Shown piece by piece: positions 29,182 to 39,600 of a DNA stretch of 45,440 nt. The notes under the pieces were generated by a model. It ran no database searches. It saw only the letters and a list, made by a program, of their open reading frames with translations, and was not told the DNA's origin. Origin of the DNA: a virus (taxonomy: Duplodnaviria; Heunggongvirae; Uroviricota; Caudoviricetes). The stretch lies in the IMG/VR virus record IMGVR_UViG_2526164690_000022; one strand, given 5' to 3'. The first letter of the stretch is position 1. Each line of letters begins with the position of its first letter. The position numbers were made by a program, and so were the translations under genes.

Positions 29182-30415
29182 ACTTGCCGGGTACGTCTCC
29201 GGCGAGGGCTTCCACCTCCGTATGCTTTTCGGCGCACCGCGCCCTGGCTGCAATTCGGTAACAGGGGATGCACAACCCTGGCTTCCAGCGTGATTAGCGC
29301 CTTCAGCATGACGGGATATACCCGTAGTAGGATGTTATCCCAGAAAGCCATTAATCAATGGCTGTTACGCGGGAGGGACGTAACAGGTAAGGGCGCTGAC
29401 CAGAAAGACCTGACCCTTCTCATTCATCTGGTTAATCACACCAGCGCCCTTGCCTGTTATGCCTCCCCGTTCCCTAATACACAGACGGGGACACTCTGCG
29501 GTCGATTTTTTGACGGGGGACGACTCATACCCCGTGGCGTCTGGCTTCTTAGGCCGCTACCATCATCAGATCATCGTTTGCATTTACTTTAATGGTCGGT
29601 TTCTAAACCGCCGCAAAGTCGCTAACCATGACGAAAACCCTAAAAAAGCCCACCCGAAGATGGGCAAATACGCTACATCTCACACAAGAAAGAAGCCGAC
29701 TGCCTGAGCTGGATTCACTTTCAAATGCCCGCAGAAAGGGATCACAAGTCGGCTTCTTTCTTGATGCGGCACTCTCTCCGCCCGTCACCGCTCTGTCTCG
29801 GTTGTCGCGTTTGCCACGCCAGCCGTAACGAGGTTTAAAGTCTTTACACGTTTCCATCACTCGACTGCCGTCTGTGGCTGTTCGTTGCAGCGGGGGTGCC
29901 TCCCCCTGGGGATATCCCCGGCCTTACCCCATTCTTTCAAGACACAATGCAAGACCACATCCGCATAGGTGCATTACCGCAACATTAAGGAGACTCAGGG
30001 CAAAAGGTAACCGCCACAAAAATCCCTATGCCTCCTTAATGTTGAAGATGTGCATTGATGATTAGATGCAGCATGTACCGTTACTCTCTGCCGGACCATC
30101 ATCAATGAACACCTTAAAAAGACCTTCCGTGGCTCAACATGTATTGTCGTTTACTCCGCAAAGTGCTCTCTCTGAAACCACTTTCCGCACTAAACCTGCT
30201 GAACTTTGGCCTGCACGGTGCCAAAGCGTGCTCTTGCATTACCATACTTTTCTAACACTTTAATTTGTTAAATGCTGGTGGGCGAACAATAACCAATAAG
30301 TGACTATCAAGCCCAGCAAGCGAAACGTGGGTACTGCCCACCAGCAAGGAAAATTCTATGTTAAGTTATCTCCACAATCAATACATTCGAATTGTGATTT
30401 TAGATTTCTAACACA
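29182..30415 (-). ncRNA. ORF-free, hairpin-rich region at the 5' side of the tRNA operon (candidate structured leader / stable RNAs)
   Basis: No credible ORF over 1.2 kb; several long perfect inverted repeats with 40-50-nt loops (e.g. 17-bp stem 29685-29701/29748-29764); operator-like motifs at 30250 and 30406. Confidence 0.3.
30250..30274. promoter_or_regulatory. Operator-like inverted pair ttctaaca-N8-tgttaaat
   Basis: Member of the dispersed TTCTAACA family; upstream (minus-strand sense) of the non-coding region and tRNA cluster. Confidence 0.35.
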
Positions 30416-31624
30416 TTATTTCCCATAAAGATCTTCTACACCCCCATTCTTCTTATCCCATTCGTTCGCCCATACCCGGCAAGCGTCAATGATTTCCTGA
30501 CGACGATCTCCTTGCATGAACGGGATGCTTTCATGGAAACAGCTTGGAATGCAGGCCACACTGAATACAGTATCAAACTCCGTCTGCTTGATTGCCTCCA
30601 GCGTCTCCGGACGCATTTTTAATTCATCGATTGGCGCATCCTTAGAGTCCATAATCCGGCGATATAAGCGCGGAAAATCCGTCTCCAGGTACGCCATAAT
30701 TTTATCTGCGAGACATTCGTCTATGTCGGTATTCCAGTCCTTTTCGAAGCCCGGCAGGCGATAGTAAAGCGGCGTTCCCCATACCGATGGGATCACATCC
30801 ATCGTTAACAGGCGATTGGTTCTGATTTGTTGATGGTAATTAGCCGTCAACAGTGCTTCGCCACGCTGCCCTGTTTCCGTAACCAGGCCGTGCGGATACT
30901 CATGGATGTAGGCAATGGCATCCCTTCCATCATACATGAGTGGAAATGTCTCTGGTCTTTGTCCCATGCCACAAGCACGGTTCAGATCGTGACCAAGCTG
31001 TGAGCACTCTCGCTTTAATGTTTCGATAATGCTCTGCGCTGTAGCCAACTTTTTACGCAGTGTGACGCCTTCGCCTTGATAATCAATGCATTGCTGATTG
31101 AGCTTGGTTAAACGCTCTTTTAGTTCCCGGCGCTCTCTTTTCAGCGCGCGGTTATCCTTCTCCGCAACATCCAGCCGCTTTGTCAGGCTGGGCGGATAGT
31201 CTTTTTTGTAACGGTTCAAATCGGCTTCGGCAGATTTACGCAGTGTATTTGCCTGTTCAAGACGCGCTTCCAGATTGCCGATCTCATTACGCATATTCGC
31301 GGCAAATTGATTAACTGCATCACCCAGGCTTTCAACTGTCGCTGATACGCCTGTGACTTGTGAAAAACGGATCAAGCCATCATTAACGGCTTGTTGGTAT
31401 TCCTCAAACTGATCCACCAGCTTATTGTAATCAACTGCCCCATCATCAAGCAGCTTGTTGATTTCCGCCACTAGGTTATCTGTAGTGGCAATGACACTCT
31501 CGTGCAGTCGCTTTGACAGGTCATCACCCGGATTCCGTTTCTGTATAAGAGCGATTTGTGTGCGCAGCGTTTCAATTGCTGTCGAGATAATTTCCAGATT
31601 AGAAGTATCAGTGTGTTGACTCAT
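30416..31624 (-). CDS. Hypothetical protein with N-terminal coiled coil and C-terminal globular domain
   Basis: ATG 31624 (MSQHTDTS); the listed ORF extends to GTG 31639; heptad-rich N-terminal half; no known motif. Confidence 0.45.
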   Translation of the reverse strand: MSQHTDTSNLEIISTAIETLRTQIALIQKRNPGDDLSKRLHESVIATTDNLVAEINKLLDDGAVDYNKLVDQFEEYQQAVNDGLIRFSQVTGVSATVESLGDAVNQFAANMRNEIGNLEARLEQANTLRKSAEADLNRYKKDYPPSLTKRLDVAEKDNRALKRERRELKERLTKLNQQCIDYQGEGVTLRKKLATAQSIIETLKRECSQLGHDLNRACGMGQRPETFPLMYDGRDAIAYIHEYPHGLVTETGQRGEALLTANYHQQIRTNRLLTMDVIPSVWGTPLYYRLPGFEKDWNTDIDECLADKIMAYLETDFPRLYRRIMDSKDAPIDELKMRPETLEAIKQTEFDTVFSVACIPSCFHESIPFMQGDRRQEIIDACRVWANEWDKKNGGVEDLYGK

Positions 31625-31649
31625 TGCTGTTCCCGTCACTTTGTTAAAT

Positions 31650-31672
31650 TAGTTTTCTAACATATTTTATTA
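31650..31672. promoter_or_regulatory. Operator-like motif tgttaaattagttttctaacata upstream of the 30416..31624 gene
   Basis: Contains TTCTAACA preceded by an inverted TGTTAAA half-site, 27 nt from the start codon. Confidence 0.4.
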
Positions 31673-31708
31673 GTTTGATGGCGGTACCGGAAGATGCAAT
31701 AAACAAAA

Positions 31709-31730
31709 AACCCGCTAATTGGCGGGTTTT
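31709..31730. terminator. Rho-independent terminator (bidirectional)
   Basis: aaaaaa-cccgc-taattg-gcggg-ttttt. Confidence 0.55.
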
Positions 31731-31737
31731 TATGCAA

Positions 31738-32052
31738 TTACTGTGTTGCAGCCTGATAAATAAGATACGCGATAAATACAGGTACGATGGCCCATTGCAG
31801 CAATGAAAGTAGCCTCATTACTGTTATTGGGGTAACTCCATCCACGTATTGTTTCTCTGACATTTTCCCTAACCAACTAACCGACAACAGTGCCGAGTTT
31901 TCACCCAATTCCAGCTCTCTGAGAGCTTCACGGATTAACGGCGCTGTCACAGCCTTAACCGGTGTGCTCAACGTGATACTCCGCGTCCTCCCCGCATCGT
32001 CAGCGAACGCCAGACTCACATAATATTTTTTGCTCAATGTACAAACTCCCAA
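31738..32052 (-). CDS. Hypothetical protein with C-terminal transmembrane anchor
   Basis: C-terminal LLSLLQWAIVPVFIAYLIYQAA hydrophobic helix. Confidence 0.35.
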   Translation of the reverse strand: MGVCTLSKKYYVSLAFADDAGRTRSITLSTPVKAVTAPLIREALRELELGENSALLSVSWLGKMSEKQYVDGVTPITVMRLLSLLQWAIVPVFIAYLIYQAATQ

Positions 32053-32248
32053 TCATCAGCGCTTGCACTTTCCGGGGTTATGTGAACCTTATCGCCAGTA
32101 ACAATATTGCGAGCTTCAAAACTTCCATTGATACGTTTCGAGATCTCAATACATAGAGCCTGCTGCCATGAGCGACGACGAGCGATAGCATTAGTTCCTG
32201 CAGGGATAAGTTCTGCCACGTTAAGTAAACGCAAAACGATTTCTCCGT

Positions 32249-32557
32249 TTAATCAAGACAAACATACTCCGTGATAGCTTTTATGGCTTCAGCGGCACTG
32301 CGCGCCTCAAAGCAGTAGTAACCGGCTTCAGTGAGGCGGGTCATCCAGACGAGTTGTTCGGGAGTCAGGCGATTTCTCCCATGTTTCATCTCAATGCGCA
32401 TTCCGTGGTATCCCCCACAAGCAAGGTCTATAGAAAGATCGGGATATCCCTTCTTTTGGCCCTCTGCCACCATTTTTATTGCCGTCCTTATGCCTCGCAG
32501 GCCACCGTTTGGAGTGGCGTGAGTATGCTCATACACATAACGCATATTGCGATACAA
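32249..32557 (-). CDS. VRR-NUC domain nuclease (PD-(D/E)xK superfamily)
   Basis: KGYPDLSIDLACGGYHGMRIEMKHGRNRLTPEQL matches the VRR-NUC core. Confidence 0.65.
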   Translation of the reverse strand: MYRNMRYVYEHTHATPNGGLRGIRTAIKMVAEGQKKGYPDLSIDLACGGYHGMRIEMKHGRNRLTPEQLVWMTRLTEAGYYCFEARSAAEAIKAITEYVCLD

Positions 32558-32878
32558 CCAGTCCAGGACGCGAACCTGCTCGTAATGCTCATGGTTCCTT
32601 TTGATTAGATCTGGGTTTTTCTCCAGTTCTCTAAGAGCTGCGGCATGTGGGGATGTTTCAGAATATTCACTGCGACGCCTTCTCTTTCGCGCTATTTTCT
32701 AACACACCCATTGATAGTAAATATGCGAAATAATAACAACAACGTTAGATTTGTAAAACAAGAGAGATACTACTCAAGGATGGTCTATATGCAACAGGTC
32801 GGATTTGCTTTTAGAGTAAAGAGTGACCTTAATCAACAAGGAGGGTAAATCGCATGGCATTTACCCAACCTGTTATTT

Positions 32879-33139
32879 TTAAAGGGTTATTTTATCCTGT
32901 TCGGATAATTCTTTGATTGTCTTGTCGATTGCGATCAACCAACCTTCATAGGTTAAATCATCAACAAGTTCTACCAACTTATCATCGGTGTGAGGAAAGT
33001 ATATCCAGCTCCAGTTCGCAGGGTTTTCTGCTTTTCGCAGCGTAAAAACCTTCTTGTATCGGTGGAACTCAAGGATATACCCCTTCGATATGGAATATTC
33101 CTTTAGGTCTTCGACCGTAAACCTACGATTCTTTCGCAT
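32879..33139 (-). CDS. Hypothetical small protein
   Basis: 86-aa ORF coupled to the upstream gene. Confidence 0.35.
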   Translation of the reverse strand: MRKNRRFTVEDLKEYSISKGYILEFHRYKKVFTLRKAENPANWSWIYFPHTDDKLVELVDDLTYEGWLIAIDKTIKELSEQDKITL

Positions 33140-33141
33140 GG

Positions 33142-33576
33142 CTACCCCATGATTCGATATTTCTCTATAGACTCGTCGTAACTTATGTACACGTATGGCT
33201 CTGTATCATCAGCATAAGGTGCGACTTCCAGAGCATGAACGGGATTGTATACCGCGTCATTTCCCAGGCGATCGCTCGAATACAGATGCCCAGCCAAAAC
33301 CGTAAGCGCCGGGCGACTCATTTTGTAGATCTCTGCCACATCACTATCTACAACTTGTCCAAATGATATGTCGCCGCGCTCCAGCAATAACGTTTTAAGC
33401 GCAGGCCACCACGGCCCATAAAGGTGATAAAGCTGTGGATTTTTCTTCAGTCTTTCTACCATGCCATCAAGATAAACTGTCAGGTATTCTTCTTCACTCC
33501 TGCCATTGAGCGCCTGCGGCAAAATGTCCTCAAGGTAGGATTCCGTCGGTTTTACAGTGTCAATTAATGTCGTCAT
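33142..33576 (-). CDS. Hypothetical protein
   Basis: 144-aa ORF directly downstream of the darB-like gene. Confidence 0.4.
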   Translation of the reverse strand: MTTLIDTVKPTESYLEDILPQALNGRSEEEYLTVYLDGMVERLKKNPQLYHLYGPWWPALKTLLLERGDISFGQVVDSDVAEIYKMSRPALTVLAGHLYSSDRLGNDAVYNPVHALEVAPYADDTEPYVYISYDESIEKYRIMG

Positions 33577-33612
33577 TCAAATTCGGCCCCGGTTGGGGCC
33601 GCTCCTTATCTG

Positions 33613-36600
33613 TTAGGCCGCATCGGCGATTATTTTACGCAGTTCATCTACCGAGTAACGCGTAGATACCATCCATGCAGGACGGTCAAAGTTCACATCA
33701 GCAACCGGGTTTGCTTCAAAATTCCAGAAACGCCCGCCAATCTTCTTAATCGCGTCTTTGGCGTTCCGTATTGTCGAGGAACCTGGTTGGTCGGCAATGA
33801 GATAAACCGCGCCAACGTCCTCGCTGACGCTCCACCAGCGCCCGCGAACACGCGCCTTAGCGCGAATCGGCTTATCATTAACCACAATGATATAGTCATC
33901 ATTCGCCGCTTCATCAGCTCTGGCTTCAGCCACTGCCGCCTGCTCTTCTCTTTTGCTTTCAGCCTGCTCAAGCCTTTCCGCGATCTCTGATTCAGTGGCC
34001 CCGCCGTTTTTCAGCGATACATAGTCCTGCCACGTTGCCGATTTGAGCGTATCCGGCAACTCATTCACATAGTCGCCGTCTTTCAACTCACGGGCGCGGC
34101 GGGTAGCCATTTCTACCAGGCGATTAACAGAAACAGCATCAGCAAAATCGTCCTTACTAATGTATTTTTCATCAAATGCATTGATGACAGCCCCCACCTT
34201 AATCCACTGTGCTGCCGGTGATTCCAGGGGGTTATCAGCCTGAACAATGGCGAGTTTCGCTCCATCTACCCCATTATTCGCCAGCTGTTCCAATGCCGCC
34301 CATCCATCTGCATCACTGAGTGATTTATATTGCTCAAACAATGCATCGCGCCAGGCCACCAGCGCAGAACGTGTTTTTTCGATCTTCGTCTTAATTTTCG
34401 CTATCTTGACCTGATTAAACATCCGTTCAATATCATCGATATTGCTAAAGGCTTTCATCCTGCCCTGGAATAAACGGTATGCCAGCACGGTCCTCCAGAA
34501 TGATTCCAGACCTTCTCCGGACGGTTTGCGGAACAAGCTAAGAATATCTTCAGAAGTGACTTTATTAAGCGAGCGACCTGACAGACCACGCCCAGCCATC
34601 CAGTTTTCGAACTCCTGGGCAACATCATCCATCGTTGCTTGTGCGCCCCATGCCTGCATTCCCTGGATGTAATCATACCCATACAATGCCTGGAGGAATC
34701 CCTCTCCGTCCACGATATTCAGCGGATTATCACTGGCTTGTATTTTTGCCACTTCACGCTTCAGCGCCTCATTGTTGATATCAGGGTAAATCCACTGCTC
34801 TGGTGCAATATCCGATGTACGCCCGATTTTCTGTCCTATCATGCCATCATAGGTCGATGACAGCGCGATCTGACCATCATCGGTGCGATAGGCCCAGTAT
34901 TTAATACCTGGTTCACCGCCCCATGCTCTACCAGGCTGGCCTGTAGTGACCTTCATTACTCCGTTACGAATAGCATCATAGAACTGATCGCGAGTAAGTG
35001 ACGTTGATAGCTGGTGGCACTGAACACCACGCGCAGCCGTTGCGCGCGATTCAGCTACCCCCTCTTCAAAAGTTACCGCTTCAATCACAGAGTCAAACGG
35101 CAATGTAACGATTGACCCCGGTGATCGAGCGTAACGACTTGCTCTATCCAGCCAGGCGATACGGCAGATGTATTGTGCTTTTTCACCGTCAATTTTTTCC
35201 ACCCGGACAATCGCTGTTGTTTCGCGATCATCAATGACTGCACGGTAATAACTACCTTTATGCAACAGGATATTCTTGTCAGTGCGCATATATTCCTGTG
35301 GGTTCTGAATAACATCGATACTGATATCCAGCACACCAGACTTAATAGCGCGCTCCACATCACCACGAGAGCGTTTCATTATGGTATCCGCGTCTTTTGC
35401 CCTGGTGATCGCAAACTTCAGCACCCGCGCACGTTTTCTGTAGCTACTCAACTGCTCAAGCGCGTATTTTTGCCCATTCCTGTTCGTACCCGCTTTTATC
35501 AGGTCGTCAAGATTGCGCTGGTAATACTCTATCTGTTCCATCGCGCTTTTCAGTTCTGTCTCCATCATGCCGATATCTTTTCCGGCGGCGTTTGCCGCTT
35601 TCAGGTAGATATCGAGAGCATTGTTGGCCTCGCGCTGTGCTTTCAGTTTCAGACGTTCTTCACGCTCTTGCGCCTGGCGAGCCATGATTGCGCGGCGTTC
35701 TTCCGGGTTTGCCGCCAGCATAATGGCGCGTTCATCAGCATCATCCGCATCACCATTGGCGATCTCTGACATGTCGGAGGTCATCACCATCTTGATCCAG
35801 TCTTTCTTACGTTTCAGCGTATCCAGACGGAAGTCGTCGAATGTGCCTTTGCCACAATAGTAGTGAACATTGACCTTCTCTTGCGGTGAACCTACGCGCG
35901 CACCGCGCCCATTTCGTTGGTCGATACTGGCTGGTGTCCAGGGTAGTGTCAGGTGGTGGATATCGGTTGTCCCGATGTGCAGGTTAATACCTACTTCAGC
36001 CTTCTTGTTACAGATTATGATGCGCGTGCGACCTTCGTTATAGTCGGCGGCAATACCTTCCATGCCCTCAAGGCCAGCATCATTTTTGGCTGAGAGATAA
36101 TCCTCATATTGGGCAAGTTTGCTGTAGTAGGTTTCCCATGCCCCTTCTTTGTATTCACCGTTTTTGTTTGGAGTAGGTTCGGTCGGCTTATTCACCTTCT
36201 TCAGCTTGATGCCGCCAGCCTGGCTAACTGTCGTCGCATTGATAATGCCAATCTCCTGCTCCGGCATTTGCAGTGCACTGGCGATAATACGGCGCAGCTT
36301 CTGGTGCTGGGCTTTTTCATCAATAAAGACGATCTGCTTACCGTTCTTCAGACCTTCACGAAGATTTTCGATCAGCGCGGCATACTTCGGCGGGATGGGG
36401 TGCGATACCTGCTGCATATCAATACCGGCAGCCGCAATGGCCTTAAGTATTTCAGCTTCCAGTTCAATGCTGGCACGTATTTCAACATGCGTCGGATGTT
36501 CACTAAAAGCGGTCTTCACTACCTTGCTGGTACGCGTACTGACCAGCCCGCCAGCGCCGTCTTCCTCGGCCTCATCAACATCATCTGCCACTTTACCGCC

Positions 36601-39600
36601 AGCTACTTTTGGCAAGGCATCAGCAATAGCTTTTACCTGGTCTGCAAGCTCAACGGGGAACTGGAATGTAATCGCACTGGCATACAGATCCGGGTCTATA
36701 GCAACCTTGTCCATGTCACGGATGATGGAGAAGATGAAATCATCCGGTTTGTCGTTAGTGATATGCCCGTTTTCATCGACTGTCAGCTCATCATTGCGAC
36801 TTAACTCCTGAGCACGCTTACGAAGCTCTTCATAAGCAGTCTCCTGCTCCCCTGTCATCGGGATCTGCAAGGTGTTCTCAATGATGTCGGGAATTTTAAC
36901 CGTTGCTCCGACATCTGCAGCAGTCTTCAGAGTGGTCCAACGATGGAAAATACCACGCAGGCCGTCAAGGTTCTGGAAGCCCACCAGCCCCTGCTTCTCT
37001 TCCACTTCCCCGGAAATTTTCTGGACCTGAACTGTGGCTGTTTTGCCAAACACACGAACGAAATCATCAGGCGTAATGATGCCCATGCGCATCCACTCTT
37101 CCTGCGGAATGACAGTAGACAGCATGTTGAAGGCATCAATCGGACTGTTCACCAGCGGAGTTGCCGTCAGCATGACTACACCACGCCCGTTGTTGCGTTT
37201 CATCATGTACGCAGCTTTTACAGCCATGTCGCGGGCCATCTTGGATACTGCCGGGTTAGGCAAATATGCCAGTTGTCCCGCTTCACGCCCGGCATTAAAG
37301 GAGTTGCGGTAGTTATGCCCCTCGTCGGCAATCACGCTATCGAAGTTCATATCCTCAAAGTACGGGATATTCTGCTTCTTCGTTGTACCGGTATTCGCGG
37401 CCTGATCCTTAATCTTGTTCTTCTTCTGCGCATCACGGTGTTTACCGGACGCCAGGTCAAGACGCCCCATTTCCACAGCATTAAAGACAGCTTGCTGTGA
37501 GTTCTCCTCGATGGTTTTTTCTCGTAGCGGGATAGACGCGAATTGTTCTTTTGTCATGATGACCGTTCGCCAATTTGACGACGGGATCATGTTCATGCGC
37601 TGAACGATAACGGCGCTGGCGGACTCTTTCACAACATTTCTGGTAAGAGGCTGCCCGTTACTGTCGAGGCGTGGTTCGCCATTTTCATCAAGCACCGGCG
37701 CGGTCAGAATATTTCCGCTGTCATCACGAACTTCATCCAAACCGATAAACATCATATTGGCGAAGGCATCAGCACTGTAGAAACTCTGTGCCTCGTGATA
37801 CCAGTTCTGATAAACCGCCTTCGGAACAACAATACACGTGCGTTTAGTGCGACCTGTTTCGAAGTTATACGCCTCAAGCGCAAGCGCGGTCGTGGTTTTA
37901 CCCAGCCCGGTACCAAATCCCATGATGCCGCGCCCATCTTCTGACAAGCGCCGAACTTCTTCATTCTGATAAGTAAGAGGAATGCGCTTTCCACTAAGCC
38001 CTTCCAGGCCAAGCGGTGCGTCAGAATGCGTGAACGGAATGAAACCATTGAATGCGTCGTTATACTCGCGGGCTATCTGATCAGCCTGCGGGTGAGTGCG
38101 TAACCAGTCGTTAAAACTAACTTCCAGTTGAGCAATTTTATCCAGGTACTCGTTAGCGTTCTGCCCACGCGGTTTAACACCGTTCAGGTAGTTTTCTAAC
38201 TGGTTCAGGAAGCCGTCTTTATTGTTGGCCTTCTTGAACTCATTCCCGTTTTTGCCGTTTACGGTTCGTAGCTGATAGCCGGTAAATACCCCGTCCTTAC
38301 CTTCGTAATCGTCCGGAGATACCAGAATGCCATCGACGACCTTCAGATCAGGTTCAGTGTACTTAAACTCGTCATAGCCCTGCTCTGCCAGGAACTCTTT
38401 TATCAAGCGGCGATCCAGCCAGCGGGCATTCAGATTAACGGTGACTTTATTTAGTGGCGTGAAAATACGTTTCTCTTCGATTTTCGCCAACTGACGCTCA
38501 AAGTTCGCTTTCTGCTCACCTGTTGACGCATCACGCCAGCCCATCAGCAATGCTGTTTTGGTTGCAATATCGCCGCTGGTGGCGCGGTCCATCGGCAGCA
38601 GGCAGCCATACCCATCAATAGCGATATCATCAAATTTCGCCAGGTATTCAAGGGCCGCGTCGTCGTCCTCTGGCAGTTCACCAGCAAACGCCTCACGAAA
38701 GTCTCCCAGCGTTATAGGATTAAGGGCTACATCACTGAAAAGATGTGCTATCACTTGTTCAGGACGTGTAAAGTCAATACCGGCAGCACCATCCGTTACA
38801 TCAAGTCGCCCTGCCAGAAGGTCAGAAGTGGAACCATCCTGTTTCACATTGCCAGTGAACGTCATCCAGTTTTTAGCGCCAGCTTCAGCAAGCCCATTCA
38901 GCTTAATGGCGTGCGGTGGTCCATACTTCGCAACTTCTGCTGCCGCCAGGCGGGATGCATCTGCCAGTTTGTCATCAACGTTCACACCCAGGTTACGCAA
39001 ATCAAGTGCCTTGTTGATCAACTGACCTATCAGCGCACCGCGCATAACGCGCTCCCTGTCTTTTTCTCGCTGCTTGCCAGCAAAGCGAATCATTGCTGCC
39101 ACTTCATCACTGACAACCGATGGATAGTCGGACGCGATCGCCGATATCTGGTCCCATGACAAAGCCAGAATCCCGTTTGTTGACTGGAACGCGATCTGCA
39201 GATCGCCAAACGTCGAAACACCATATCGACTTACATCAAGCGCGGAGGATTTGGTTGTCGTGTCCTTAACCCATTTCAGACCATCAAACTCATGCCAGAT
39301 ACCGCCTACAAGGCGTTTATCGCCCACTTTCGCGCCCTGCCATGCCTGAGTAGTTACGCCGAGCAAATCCCAATTGATGCGACTATCAAAGCGACGAGAT
39401 AGCGCGGTTTTCATCGACTCATTGGATACACGACCGTCTTTTTTCACCACCAGGGTATTGCGGAAGCTGGTACGTTCCATGTCGCCGTAAACAAATCGCT
39501 TCCCTTCGGTTGTAAACCATTTTCCTTTGAGGAAGGTATCCCAAAGGACGTTTGCCGATTTGAGTGTTGAATCATCCGTGTCGGGGATCATCTCCAGGAA

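Noticed and set aside
29370-30345. Integron attC sites or a CRISPR array as the explanation for the hairpins
   Set aside because: Stems lack the attC RYYYAAC/GTTRRRY core sites and no integrase is nearby; hairpins do not share a common repeat unit or regular spacing as a CRISPR array would.
29182-30415. Retron msr/msd ncRNA
   Set aside because: No reverse transcriptase gene is present anywhere in the window.
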